Source of the DNA: an uncultured cyanobacterium
GTDB taxonomy: Bacteria; Cyanobacteriota; Cyanobacteriia; Cyanobacteriales; CAWUOF01
Reading direction: 5' to 3'
DNA: 64,000 nt
NCBI GenBank assembly: GCA_963744145.1
Contig: CAVUSO010000001.1
Location: 1,440,001-1,504,000, forward strand
Shown here: one piece after another, positions 9,943 to 19,555 of the stretch
Position numbering within the stretch: the first letter of the stretch is position 1
How the letters are laid out: each line of letters starts with the position of its first letter
The notes under the pieces: model-generated
The model's database searches: none
Told to the model about the DNA's origin: nothing
What the model saw: only the letters and a program-made list of their open reading frames with translations
Made by a program: the position numbers and the translations under genes

Positions 9943-11313
9943 ATGGAAGCAAAAATTATCCTCACTATTATCGAAGGTGAGTTAATGGGACAAGAATTTA
10001 TATTTGAAGACCGTAATACAAGTGTAATCGGTCGTGCTAAGGATTGTTATCCCCACATCCCTGATAACGATACCCATCGCATTATTTCTCGTTATCATTG
10101 CTTATTGGATATCAATCCTCCAGATATTCGGGTCCGAGATTTAGGAAGTAAAAACGGTACTTATGTAAACGGGCAAAAAATCAGTAAACCGACCGTCACT
10201 CAAACGGAGGAAGGAGATCCTCTATATAATTTTCCTGAACAGGATTTACAAGCAGGAGATGAGGTGAAACTAGGTAAAAATATATTTAGAGTATATGTAG
10301 AAGTAATTAGAGAAGAAGATGAAACCCTGAATGTGGGTGGAGGAGGGTTTTATCCACCAACTCTGTCAGCACATAAACCCAATATGTTGGATTTAGCTAA
10401 TCGATTAATCCAACAAGCAAACACAGGACAAAAGAACCTCCAAGCAATTCGCGATCATCAGATTGTTAAATTATTAGGAAAAGGTAGATATGGAGAAGTT
10501 TATTTAACCGTAAATCAGCACACTGGTGCGGAAGTAGCATTAAAAATTATGCTCCCAGAAGTTTTAGCTAATCAAAGAGCGATCGGGAGGTTTGAGTTTG
10601 ATATTGAAAATGCCAAAGCATTGCAACATCAGCATATAGTCAAATTACTAGATTATGGTTATTGGTACGGCACCTTCTTTTTTACCACCGAATATTGTGC
10701 AGGAGGTAGTATAATTGATTTAATGGCACAAAAGGGAGGAAAATTATCGATTCCCGAAGCAGTAGGAATTATTTTACCAGTTTTAGATGGGTTAGAATAT
10801 GCCCACAATGCGGAAATTCCTTATGTAAAAAATGCGAATGGTAGTTTTAGTCAGGGGAAAGGATTAGTACATCGAAACTTAAGACCAAGTAATATTTTGA
10901 TTAGTCACATAGATCAACAACAAGTTGTCAAAATTGCCAATTATGGATTAACCAAGTCCTTTGATTTAGCGGGATTAAGTGGTCAAACCATGAGTGGTCT
11001 TAAAGTAGAGATACCCGATTTTATTCCCCGACAACAGATCATTAACTTTCAATATGCTAAACCAGAAGTAGATGTTTGGGCAGCAGCGGCAATTTTTTAT
11101 TTCATGTTAACAGGATGTTTACCGCGTGAGTTTAAAGCTGGAGAAGATCCATTTTTAAACGTATTACAAAATCGAGCAGTACCAATCCATCAACGTGATC
11201 CTGCTATTCCTACCCAGTTAGCAAAATTAATGGATCTAGCTTTAATAGATTCACCAGAAATTCGGTTTAAAAATGCACGAGACTTCAAGCGATCGCTAGA
11301 GAGCGTCATCTAA
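9943..11313 (+). CDS. FHA domain + Ser/Thr kinase-like domain (probable pseudokinase)
   Basis: FHA motifs IGR, SRYH, DLGSKNGTYVNG; kinase LGKGRYGEVY, VALK, but HRN and NYG replace HRD and DFG. Confidence 0.88.
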   Translation: MEAKIILTIIEGELMGQEFIFEDRNTSVIGRAKDCYPHIPDNDTHRIISRYHCLLDINPPDIRVRDLGSKNGTYVNGQKISKPTVTQTEEGDPLYNFPEQDLQAGDEVKLGKNIFRVYVEVIREEDETLNVGGGGFYPPTLSAHKPNMLDLANRLIQQANTGQKNLQAIRDHQIVKLLGKGRYGEVYLTVNQHTGAEVALKIMLPEVLANQRAIGRFEFDIENAKALQHQHIVKLLDYGYWYGTFFFTTEYCAGGSIIDLMAQKGGKLSIPEAVGIILPVLDGLEYAHNAEIPYVKNANGSFSQGKGLVHRNLRPSNILISHIDQQQVVKIANYGLTKSFDLAGLSGQTMSGLKVEIPDFIPRQQIINFQYAKPEVDVWAAAAIFYFMLTGCLPREFKAGEDPFLNVLQNRAVPIHQRDPAIPTQLAKLMDLALIDSPEIRFKNARDFKRSLESVI

Positions 11314-11408
11314 ATCAAGTCCAAGGGAATTCATCGAAAATCAGACATGGGAATCAATGCACCAAAAGGATTAAAATAAACCTAATCTTCGCTTTACAAC
11401 TGTAACAG

Positions 11409-11912
11409 ATGTCAGCCACAGTTATCCTCACCGTCATCTCTGGTAGCCTGAAAGGGCTAGAATTTGAATTTAGTGATCACATTACCTTCATAATTGGTCG
11501 TGGGAAAGACTGCTATATCAGACTACCAGATGACGAAATCCATCTTAACATTTCCCGTCATCACTGTCTTTTTAATATCAACCCACCCCTGATCTGGGTC
11601 AGAGATTTAGGTAGTAAAAACGGTACTTATGTAAACGGGCAAAAAATCGGGCAACGACGGTCACACCAAAGCTTAGATTATGGTCTAGAAATGAATTTAC
11701 CAGAGTACAATCTAACTAATGGGGATGAAATTGCGATCGGACAGGTAATCTTCCGAGTGAGTATTTCCCTCGACAATAGTAATTTGAACTTACCCATGAT
11801 TGAAGGTTATACCTTACTCAGAGAATTAGGAAAAGAAGGAAACAAAATAGTTTACTTAGCTAACAATCATATAACTGGACAATTAGTAGCCTTAACGGTC
11901 AGGCTACCATAA
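11409..11912 (+). CDS. FHA domain protein ending in a truncated kinase N-lobe
   Basis: IIGRG, SRHH, DLGSKNGTYVNG; ends YTLLRELGKEGNKIVYLA...VALTVRLP*. Confidence 0.82.
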   Translation: MSATVILTVISGSLKGLEFEFSDHITFIIGRGKDCYIRLPDDEIHLNISRHHCLFNINPPLIWVRDLGSKNGTYVNGQKIGQRRSHQSLDYGLEMNLPEYNLTNGDEIAIGQVIFRVSISLDNSNLNLPMIEGYTLLRELGKEGNKIVYLANNHITGQLVALTVRLP

Positions 11913-11928
11913 ACAAAGATCAGATTGA

Positions 11929-13425
11929 CTAAATCTGGAATAAATCCATGATTTTCTGAGGAGCGGGTAACAGAATCATCACTAACAAAAAGAGTGCTGC
12001 TAACCCCCAGAAATCGCGATGATTATCAAGGTCACTGACATCATTAAGAGCAGGTTCATCAACAATAGGCATTAAAAATAAGAAAATCGCCCAAACAAAC
12101 AACCCAGTATGTTGAGACAACTGACTAATAGCTAAGATTAACAACAAAAAGCGAGAAACTTGACCAATCATTGCACCAGATAAACGTCCAAACATAGCAT
12201 GAACAATGTGACCACCATCTAATTGACCAACGGGCATCAAATTTAGAGCTGTGACAATCAAACCCAAATATCCTGCAACTGCAACGGGATGAAGGTTAAT
12301 TGCGGATTTAGCAGTGAGAACATTACCCAGAGATAACTTACTAAGTAAAGTTAATAATAGAGAAAATCTGGGATTGAGGGAATTAAAATTTAACAAATGA
12401 GAGGAAGAGGATAAATCGACTACATGGGAATGAGCTAAACCCCAGATTAAGAGGGGGAAAGTAATTACTAATCCAGCCGCAGGTCCAGCAATACTAACAT
12501 CAAACAAAGCTTTGCGATTGGGAATGGGACTGCGAATAGAAATGAAAGCGCCAAAAGTACCTAAAAAAGCCGGAACGGGAATAAAATAAGGAAGAGTAGT
12601 GCGAATTTTATAGAATCTAGCCATCAGATAATGACCTAATTCGTGAATTCCTAAAATCGCGATCAATCCGCAAGCATAGGGAATACCTTTGAGCAACAAA
12701 ACCGGATTAGCTTGGATTGCTTGGGGAGAAATACCACTCAGATTAGTGCCAACTATAGTGGTAGTTAAGAAAGTGAAAAATAGCAGAGCCAGAGCAAGTT
12801 TAGGACGAGTTAAAGATTGAGAATTAGTATTTTTTAAAGCATTAGGCACAATAATAAAAAAAGGTTTACCATTGAGACCTTCTTCAAAAATTACCAAAAA
12901 GCGATCGGCAAACCTAGCTTCAATATTTTCCCGGATAGTTTGATACGCTACTCCTGGTTCAGAACGTAACTGTCCCCGACAAATAATTGCTTGAGGACGA
13001 TACTCAATACTTTGGATCGAATAAATAGACCAAGAAAAACAATTTTTTAAATCAGCTTCTTCAGTTAAATTGATCGGACGTAAAGGAGTAGGTTCGGGTG
13101 CTGTTTTCATCTGTGATCCAGATTGCTCGGGTTGATTCTGACTATTGGGATCAGCAACAGTAGTCTTCAGATTTTTTTGTCCCAAGTGAACCAACCAACC
13201 ATAGACAAACGGACAGCTTAGACATAACGCAATTAAAACACCTACAGGAATCGGTTTTTTTTCACCATAGATCACAATCCAACTTACCCAACTAAAAGCT
13301 GGAATCATCATCACTAACCACAAAAGCCAAACAGGCGTGCGAGTGAGATGAGCCACACTGCGTTGCACGATGGAATAAGTCATCAATCCCAAGAGGATTA
13401 AAAGTAACCACAATTCAAAAGTCAT
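11929..13425 (-). CDS. Site-2 protease (M50 family) membrane metalloprotease
   Basis: HELGH, AGP, NLMPVGQLDGG motifs; multiple TM segments. Confidence 0.93.
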   Translation of the reverse strand: MTFELWLLLILLGLMTYSIVQRSVAHLTRTPVWLLWLVMMIPAFSWVSWIVIYGEKKPIPVGVLIALCLSCPFVYGWLVHLGQKNLKTTVADPNSQNQPEQSGSQMKTAPEPTPLRPINLTEEADLKNCFSWSIYSIQSIEYRPQAIICRGQLRSEPGVAYQTIRENIEARFADRFLVIFEEGLNGKPFFIIVPNALKNTNSQSLTRPKLALALLFFTFLTTTIVGTNLSGISPQAIQANPVLLLKGIPYACGLIAILGIHELGHYLMARFYKIRTTLPYFIPVPAFLGTFGAFISIRSPIPNRKALFDVSIAGPAAGLVITFPLLIWGLAHSHVVDLSSSSHLLNFNSLNPRFSLLLTLLSKLSLGNVLTAKSAINLHPVAVAGYLGLIVTALNLMPVGQLDGGHIVHAMFGRLSGAMIGQVSRFLLLILAISQLSQHTGLFVWAIFLFLMPIVDEPALNDVSDLDNHRDFWGLAALFLLVMILLPAPQKIMDLFQI

Positions 13426-13511
13426 ATCTATTCCTCTACGGACGATTTTTTTTGCTAAATTGAGCAGACAGGATTTAAGATCCCTATTAGAGAATTAAAC
13501 ACAGCAACGCA

Positions 13512-14237
13512 GTGCCACCGGAAGATCCAGAACACCTTTTTCCCATCTCTGAACCCAATTTTAGGTCAGAGCAATTGACTACGACCAAACTACCTCGGTT
13601 AGTCTTAGAGGGAATTTTTGCCTTTCCACCCAACCGAGATACATTGGGAGGAACAGCTTATCTCATTCTAGAAAACTCTGCCAATATCCTGATCGATAGT
13701 CCAACTTGGGGGGAAATTAACCAACGATTTCTCCAAGAGCAGGGAGGTATCCAGTGGTTGTTTATTACACATCGGGGCAACATTGGTAAAGCGAGAGAGA
13801 TTCAAGCAACATTTGGGTGCGAAATTGTCATTCAGGAACAAGAAGCTTATTTGTTACCAGGATTAAAGGTAACGTCTTTTGGCACTGAGTTTAATTTTAG
13901 TCCTCAGTCTACCGCAATTTGGACTCCCGGTCATTCTCCTGGATCTTCATGTTTGTATAATCAACGTTGGGGTGGAGTATTATTTTCGGGACGGCACTTG
14001 TTACCCAATCAACAAGGAGAACCAGTCCCATTACGAACCACCAAGACTTTTCATTGGCCCCGACAAATTCGCAGTGTCCAAGCTTTACGCGATCGCTTTC
14101 GGGCCGAAACTCTCGCATTTATTTGTCCAGGGGCAAATACAGATTTTTTCCGCAACAAATTATATATTGAACGAGCCTATCAGGGGATCAGCAAATTGGA
14201 CTTAAATGCTTACTTGCAAATCAAGGCTATACTTTGA
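13512..14237 (+). CDS. MBL-fold metallo-hydrolase
   Basis: ILIDSP, LFITH, TPGHSPGS, LFSG; PPNRDTLGGTAY typical of the cyanobacterial family. Confidence 0.82.
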   Translation: MPPEDPEHLFPISEPNFRSEQLTTTKLPRLVLEGIFAFPPNRDTLGGTAYLILENSANILIDSPTWGEINQRFLQEQGGIQWLFITHRGNIGKAREIQATFGCEIVIQEQEAYLLPGLKVTSFGTEFNFSPQSTAIWTPGHSPGSSCLYNQRWGGVLFSGRHLLPNQQGEPVPLRTTKTFHWPRQIRSVQALRDRFRAETLAFICPGANTDFFRNKLYIERAYQGISKLDLNAYLQIKAIL

Positions 14238-14321
14238 GAAATTAGTAGTCATAGGTGCATCAAAAGCAGATCCTATGACCAAGTACATCATAGGTTAGTG
14301 GTAAACATTAGGTAAACAATC

Positions 14322-14780
14322 ATGGCCAATGGGGTTTTTAAAAATACTGGTGTCGCTGGAGACGACTATGTAGTTTTGGGTTTAGCAACTTGCTTTATTA
14401 AAGAAGAAGGGGAAGTTCACGAAGTCAAAATTGTTGAACCCATCCCTTCTGCTGCTTTAGAAGCGATCGTCAAAGGAATTCCCACTTCTTATCAAATGGG
14501 ATATGGCACAACTTTAGGTGAGGTGATTAAAGGAGATATCTTAGAAATGCCTTCGGAATTTCCTGCTGAGGCTCAGTTTGCGGATGAATTTGTCTATCGA
14601 GCGATCGCGGCTGCTCGCACTTACAAACGACGGGAAATCGCTAAATCTTTTATTCCTTTGGGAACTATTCGGGAAGATTTTAACTATTCGCTGGAACGGA
14701 AACGGATCTTAAATTCACAGCGAATTGTCAAAACAGAAGATAATGTCAAACAGCACGAATATACCCATAAAGTGTTGTAG
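14322..14780 (+). CDS. Conserved cyanobacterial hypothetical protein
   Basis: 152-aa ORF; DDYVVLGLATCF...EPIPSA...DNVKQH..THKVL. Confidence 0.75.
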   Translation: MANGVFKNTGVAGDDYVVLGLATCFIKEEGEVHEVKIVEPIPSAALEAIVKGIPTSYQMGYGTTLGEVIKGDILEMPSEFPAEAQFADEFVYRAIAAARTYKRREIAKSFIPLGTIREDFNYSLERKRILNSQRIVKTEDNVKQHEYTHKVL

Positions 14781-14935
14781 AAAGGGGGAATAGAGGGTTA
14801 AAAAAAACAGAATTATCAAAAATTCATGATCATGCTATAATTTAATTTAGCTTGACTCAATTCTGCTCAAATAAATCTAATCAACTATCAACCTAAGCTT
14901 CGCTGTTTAGGTAAGTTTAACTATTGGTAATAATA

Positions 14936-16093
14936 ATGGTTATAGGCAAATTAGAGAAAATATCAGTCAAAGGTTTTCGTCGTCTTCAGAATATTGATCT
15001 GGAAATGAGAGAGCTAACTGTAATGATTGGGGCAAACGGAGCAGGAAAAACTTCTTTTTTAGATATTCTTTCAACCCTAGCTGCTTCAGCTAACGGTAAA
15101 CTATCTGAGCGATTACAACTTAAAGGTGGTTTGAACGAAATTTTAACCAGAGGAAAAGCCAAAAAACTGGAAATTACAGTTTCGATGACAGTTCCAGAAC
15201 AACAACCTTTGCAATATAGTTTAACTTTATCTCCTCAAGGGTTATCCTATGAAATCACAGAAGAAACCCTAACACAACAAAGTGATCCGAGTGCGCGTGA
15301 ACCATTCAAATATATTGAATCTTATGGTTTAGATATTAAATATTTTAATCAGGAAACTCGCAAACTTTTGCATCCAGATTGGGAACATAATTATCTGGAA
15401 ACATCACTTTCCCAAGTTCCGAAAATGTATCGTCAACCAGAGAACTTGAGAAAAAGCCTGGCTTCATGTACCTATTATGCAGCACTTGATGTTTCGGAAA
15501 AAAGTTCCATTCGACTACCTCAAGCGATGCGTCCTGCTAAGTTACCTGGTGCAAATGGTGAAGATTTAGTTTCTTGTCTGTTCGAGCTACGAGAGACGGA
15601 TCAAGATAGATTTGAAATGATTGAAAATATTATTAATACCGCATTTCCGGATAGTTTTGAGCGGCTAAATTTTCCTCCAGTTGCTGCCGGAATTCTTTCG
15701 ATGACTTGGAAGGATCAAAACTTTTCTCAACCCATATATATCCATGAACTATCAGAAGGAACATTACGCTTTCTTTGGTTAGCAACTCTTTTGCAAAGTC
15801 AAAGTTTGACCAGAATTACTTTACTAGATGAACCAGAGGTTAGTTTACACCCTGACCTGTTGAGACACTTAGTGTATTTAATGAGAGAAGCAGCAAAATC
15901 CACCCAACTTATAGTCGCAACACATTCAGATCGACTGATTAGATTTCTTGAACCTCGTGAAGTTTTGATTTGCGATTTGGAAGAAGGTGTAGCAAAAATG
16001 ACATGGGCAGATACCCTGGATTTAGATAAATGGTTGGAAGATTACAGTCTTGATCAAGTATGGGCAAAGAATTTAATGGGTGGTTGTCCATGA
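14936..16093 (+). CDS. ABC/SMC-like ATPase (AAA_21 type)
   Basis: GFRRL, Walker A GANGAGKT, signature LSEGTLR, Walker B LLDEPE, H-loop ATHS. Confidence 0.9.
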   Translation: MVIGKLEKISVKGFRRLQNIDLEMRELTVMIGANGAGKTSFLDILSTLAASANGKLSERLQLKGGLNEILTRGKAKKLEITVSMTVPEQQPLQYSLTLSPQGLSYEITEETLTQQSDPSAREPFKYIESYGLDIKYFNQETRKLLHPDWEHNYLETSLSQVPKMYRQPENLRKSLASCTYYAALDVSEKSSIRLPQAMRPAKLPGANGEDLVSCLFELRETDQDRFEMIENIINTAFPDSFERLNFPPVAAGILSMTWKDQNFSQPIYIHELSEGTLRFLWLATLLQSQSLTRITLLDEPEVSLHPDLLRHLVYLMREAAKSTQLIVATHSDRLIRFLEPREVLICDLEEGVAKMTWADTLDLDKWLEDYSLDQVWAKNLMGGCP

Positions 16094-16246
16094 AGATTGC
16101 TATTTTAGTAGAAGGAGCTACCGAAATAGCTTTTAAACCATGTCTTGAAAAATAATGAGCTGATAATTGCTATACAAGCTTGTCCAGAGTTAAAAGCTTT
16201 GATCAACACAATTCTTTCTCTAAGTAATGCAACCTTAATTCCTTAG
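16090..16246 (+). pseudogene. Internally deleted DUF4276-like (TOPRIM-like) partner gene remnant
   Basis: ATGA overlap with the ATPase stop; MKIAILVEGATEIAFKPCLEK* followed closely by a C-terminus-like IAIQACPELKALINTILSLSNATLIP*. Confidence 0.7.
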
Positions 16247-16453
16247 ACTAAAACTAGCATTAGTTATTTGACTAGCAAGAAATTATCTTGACTAACTCCC
16301 CAAAACATCATAAAAGCGATCGCACTCCACCCCCAAATAAACCCGTAATCTGGCGCGATCGCCAAGTCTAAAAAATGTTCTGGAGTCTAAATGTTTGGGA
16401 ACAAAACCCAAAATCTGTATAATTTTGATTATACTGTCAACTAGGTAAAATCT

Positions 16454-16771
16454 ATGATTGTTACAGAAATTAACAATAAAGAGCAATTTGATCAAAAAGT
16501 CCTAAAAGCCGACAAATCTGTCGTGATGTTTACGGCAAATTGGAATATAAATTGCCGGATTATGAAACCATTTTTCTTGAAACTGTCAGCATCCGAGCCG
16601 ATTCGTTTCTATCTACTTGATATTGACAGAGTACGGAATATACTTTCAGCTACTGAAATCAGCACCATACCTTTGTTTCAATTTTTCCATCAAGGACAAA
16701 AAATATCTCAATTATCAGGAGCTGATCAAAATGAATTGTTAAAATTAATTGCAAAGTTTAAAGATTTATAA
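16454..16771 (+). CDS. Thioredoxin-fold protein with atypical WNINC active site
   Basis: FDQKVL...VVMFTANWNINCRIMKP...LDID...IPLFQFF..G. Confidence 0.8.
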   Translation: MIVTEINNKEQFDQKVLKADKSVVMFTANWNINCRIMKPFFLKLSASEPIRFYLLDIDRVRNILSATEISTIPLFQFFHQGQKISQLSGADQNELLKLIAKFKDL

Positions 16772-16870
16772 ACGATCAGATCACTGATTTGATCGCTAAA
16801 AAAAGTGAGCGGGCCGGGTCGAATAAATGATTTCCAAAAACCCGCTTGAACTCAATCAACAGGAGAAAAA

Positions 16871-17350
16871 CTACTTTCTTAACAATTTAAAAGCAATATT
16901 TCGTCCTAACTGTTGTTTGAGAGCTAAATCAATCCATAACAAAGCAAAAGGTTCTGTCAGACGAGCATTTTTTAAAGGACCACAGTCGATTACTTCAAAC
17001 CCAATATCAGCAGCAAGTTGAGAAACGATCACTTTAGCTTTAGAGTCATCTCCACAGACATGAATATCAATAGTTTCTGTACCATATTTGACTTGAGCTA
17101 AATTATTCGCACCAGTAGTATTGAAACATTTAACCACTTTAGTATTAGGCACAATTTTGGCGATTTCTTCAGCTCCCGATGTCGTTGTACCAACTGCTAA
17201 TCCAGCTAAATTGGGTAAGAGAGGATTAGTGCTATCAATCAAAATTTTTCCCCCAATATCTCCCAAGGATGCGACCACACTCAAAGTTACTTCCTAAGGA
17301 GTTGTTAAAACAATTACTTCACTAAGTTGAGCAGCTTCAATCAGTTCCCC
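16871..17350 (-). pseudogene. NADPH-dependent F420 reductase-like (F420_oxidored) pseudogene
   Basis: KILIDSTNP, SGAEEIA, VVKCFN, CGDD, GPLKNARLTE; upstream frame GELIEAAQLSEVIVLTTP then TAG at 17294-17296; no N-terminal GxGxxG. Confidence 0.8.
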
Positions 17351-17881
17351 AAGTCAACGGCTGATTTTTCTTGGGGTGGTCATATATTGAGAGATTTGGG
17401 GGCGATCGCTTTCCTCGCTAGTTGATCGGGAACGCCCCCTAAATCCCCCAATGCTGGGGGAATTTGAACCTTTGGCAATTATCTTCCCCCAAAGTTAACA
17501 GCCTAGGCCGGCTCAGTGTGATCGCGTTGAAACTGTGCCAGATGGTTATTGACGTTTGACTGTGCTGTCTATATGTTATATTTGGCAATACAGTTCATAC
17601 CAAATCAGCTTTGGTAAGGCTACTATCACCAACCCAAAACCTTTGCTCAAAGCGGATTTGTAAATCACATAAAAAGTCATCGTAACCGGATTTAATATCA
17701 GTTGAGTCCAATCACTGTGAGCCTAGGCTGTTGAATTTGTGCCTTTTTAAGGGGAGTTTTGTTTCGCTAACAGACTCTAAAAATAGGATTTAAACACTCC
17801 TGTCCCCTAAGAGTTAATATAATTCTTTTAAAGAATTATGGCTCTACCGCTCCCTTTATGAAATAAATTAGGAATTTAACC

Positions 17882-19372
17882 ATGTCTGTTAAAAATGGCG
17901 TAATGATGCAATACTTTCACTGGTATCTGCCAGCGGATGGTAGCTTGTGGAATCAGGTAGCTGAGAAAGCCGAGGAATTAGCGAAAATTGGCATTTCTTC
18001 CTTATGGTTGCCGCCTGCCTACAAAGGTACAGGTGGAGGCATGGATGTCGGTTATGGTGTTTATGACTTATTTGATCTAGGTGAGTTCGATCAAAAAGGC
18101 TCAGTACGGACAAAATACGGTACCAAAGATGAATATATTCGGGCGATTCAAGTAGCGAAAAAAGCCGGAATTAGTATCTACGCCGATGTGGTTTTTAATC
18201 ACAAAATGGGAGCGGATGAGACAGAAGAGGCGGAAGCGATCCCATTGAGTATGGACGATCGTAATCAGCCGATTCAGGACTACCAAACAATCAAAGCCTG
18301 GACTCACTTCACTTTTCCAGGACGTAAGGGGCAATATTCTACTATGGAATGGCATTGGTGGCATTTTGATGCGATCGATTACAACGCCTATAATCAGGGC
18401 GAAAATGCTATCTACTTGTTCAAGGGCAAGTCATTTGATCGCAATGTTGACCTAGAAAAAGGTAATTTTGACTATTTGATGGGTTGCGATCTTGATATGC
18501 AAAATTCCGAAGTCCAAGGAGAACTGAAATATTGGGGGGAATGGCATGATGATACGACCCATGTAGATGGTTTCCGATTTGATGCTGCCAAGCATGTGTC
18601 AGCCGACTTCTTTCAGGAATGGTTAGAGCATATGTGTCACTATGCCAAACGAGATCTATATGCTGTAGGAGAATACTGGTCTTACGAAGTAGACGCTTTA
18701 CATCATTTCATTACCGTGACCAATGGCAAAGTCGATTTATTTGATGTGCCTTTACATTACAACTTTCATGTGGCTAGTCAATCGGGGAAGGATTACAACC
18801 TAAGCCAAATTTTTGACAATACATTAGCCAAAAACCAACCTACGCTTGCCGTCACCTTTGTTGATAACCATGACTCTCAGCCGTTACAATCACTAGAATC
18901 GATTGTTGAAGCTTGGTTTAAGCCTCTGGCTTATGCACTTATTTTGCTCCGGCAAGAAGGATATCCTTGCATTTTTTACGCTGATTATTACGGAGCAAAT
19001 TACAAAGATCGGGGTAAAGATGGCAACGAGTATGAAATCTTTATAGATAGCCATCAATGGTTACTTGATAAGTTTCTCTTTGTCCGGCAAACTTACGCTT
19101 ATGGCGCTCAGTATGACTATTTTGATCATCCCAATACGGTTGGCTGGACGAGATTGGGAGATGATGAGCATCCTGGTGGTATGGCAGTCCTGCTCAGTAA
19201 TGGTGAGGATGGCAGAAAATTGATGGAAGTGGGGCATCCCAACCGCACTTATATTGATATTACTGAGCATGTGGATGAGACTATTACCACAGATGATCGA
19301 GGTTGGGCTGAATTTCGTTGTAATGGAGGTTCAGTCTCGGTGTGGGTATGGATTGAGCAAGTTTCTGGATAG
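17882..19372 (+). CDS. amyA: Alpha-amylase (GH13, AmyA/AmyS type)
   Basis: MMQYFHW, GYGVYDLFDLGEFDQKG, DVVFNH, GFRFDAAKH, GEYW, FVDNHD. Confidence 0.93.
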   Translation: MSVKNGVMMQYFHWYLPADGSLWNQVAEKAEELAKIGISSLWLPPAYKGTGGGMDVGYGVYDLFDLGEFDQKGSVRTKYGTKDEYIRAIQVAKKAGISIYADVVFNHKMGADETEEAEAIPLSMDDRNQPIQDYQTIKAWTHFTFPGRKGQYSTMEWHWWHFDAIDYNAYNQGENAIYLFKGKSFDRNVDLEKGNFDYLMGCDLDMQNSEVQGELKYWGEWHDDTTHVDGFRFDAAKHVSADFFQEWLEHMCHYAKRDLYAVGEYWSYEVDALHHFITVTNGKVDLFDVPLHYNFHVASQSGKDYNLSQIFDNTLAKNQPTLAVTFVDNHDSQPLQSLESIVEAWFKPLAYALILLRQEGYPCIFYADYYGANYKDRGKDGNEYEIFIDSHQWLLDKFLFVRQTYAYGAQYDYFDHPNTVGWTRLGDDEHPGGMAVLLSNGEDGRKLMEVGHPNRTYIDITEHVDETITTDDRGWAEFRCNGGSVSVWVWIEQVSG

Positions 19373-19395
19373 ACTCTAAGTTTGCACTAAAGAAA

Positions 19396-19488
19396 CTAGG
19401 ACTTAAGCAACTATTCTAGAAATAGGGGCAACCACGGGGGGATTGCCCCTACAAAACTCTACATATAGAGGCTCTGCGTAAGTCCTAG
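19396..19488. mobile_element. MITE-like element with internal REP hairpin
   Basis: TIRs CTAGGACTTAAGCA / TGCGTAAGTCCTAG (1 mismatch); internal TAGGGGCAA...TTGCCCCTA. Confidence 0.72.
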
Positions 19489-19555
19489 AGATATAACAAC
19501 GGTAGAATTAACCAAATTGACAATTGCTAAAGTTCACGCTTGAGAAAGCGATCGA

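Noticed and set aside
17430..17700. Degenerate repeat fragments (CCCCCTAAATCCCCC, CAATACAGTTCA, ATACCAAATC)
   Set aside because: Too eroded to define element boundaries.
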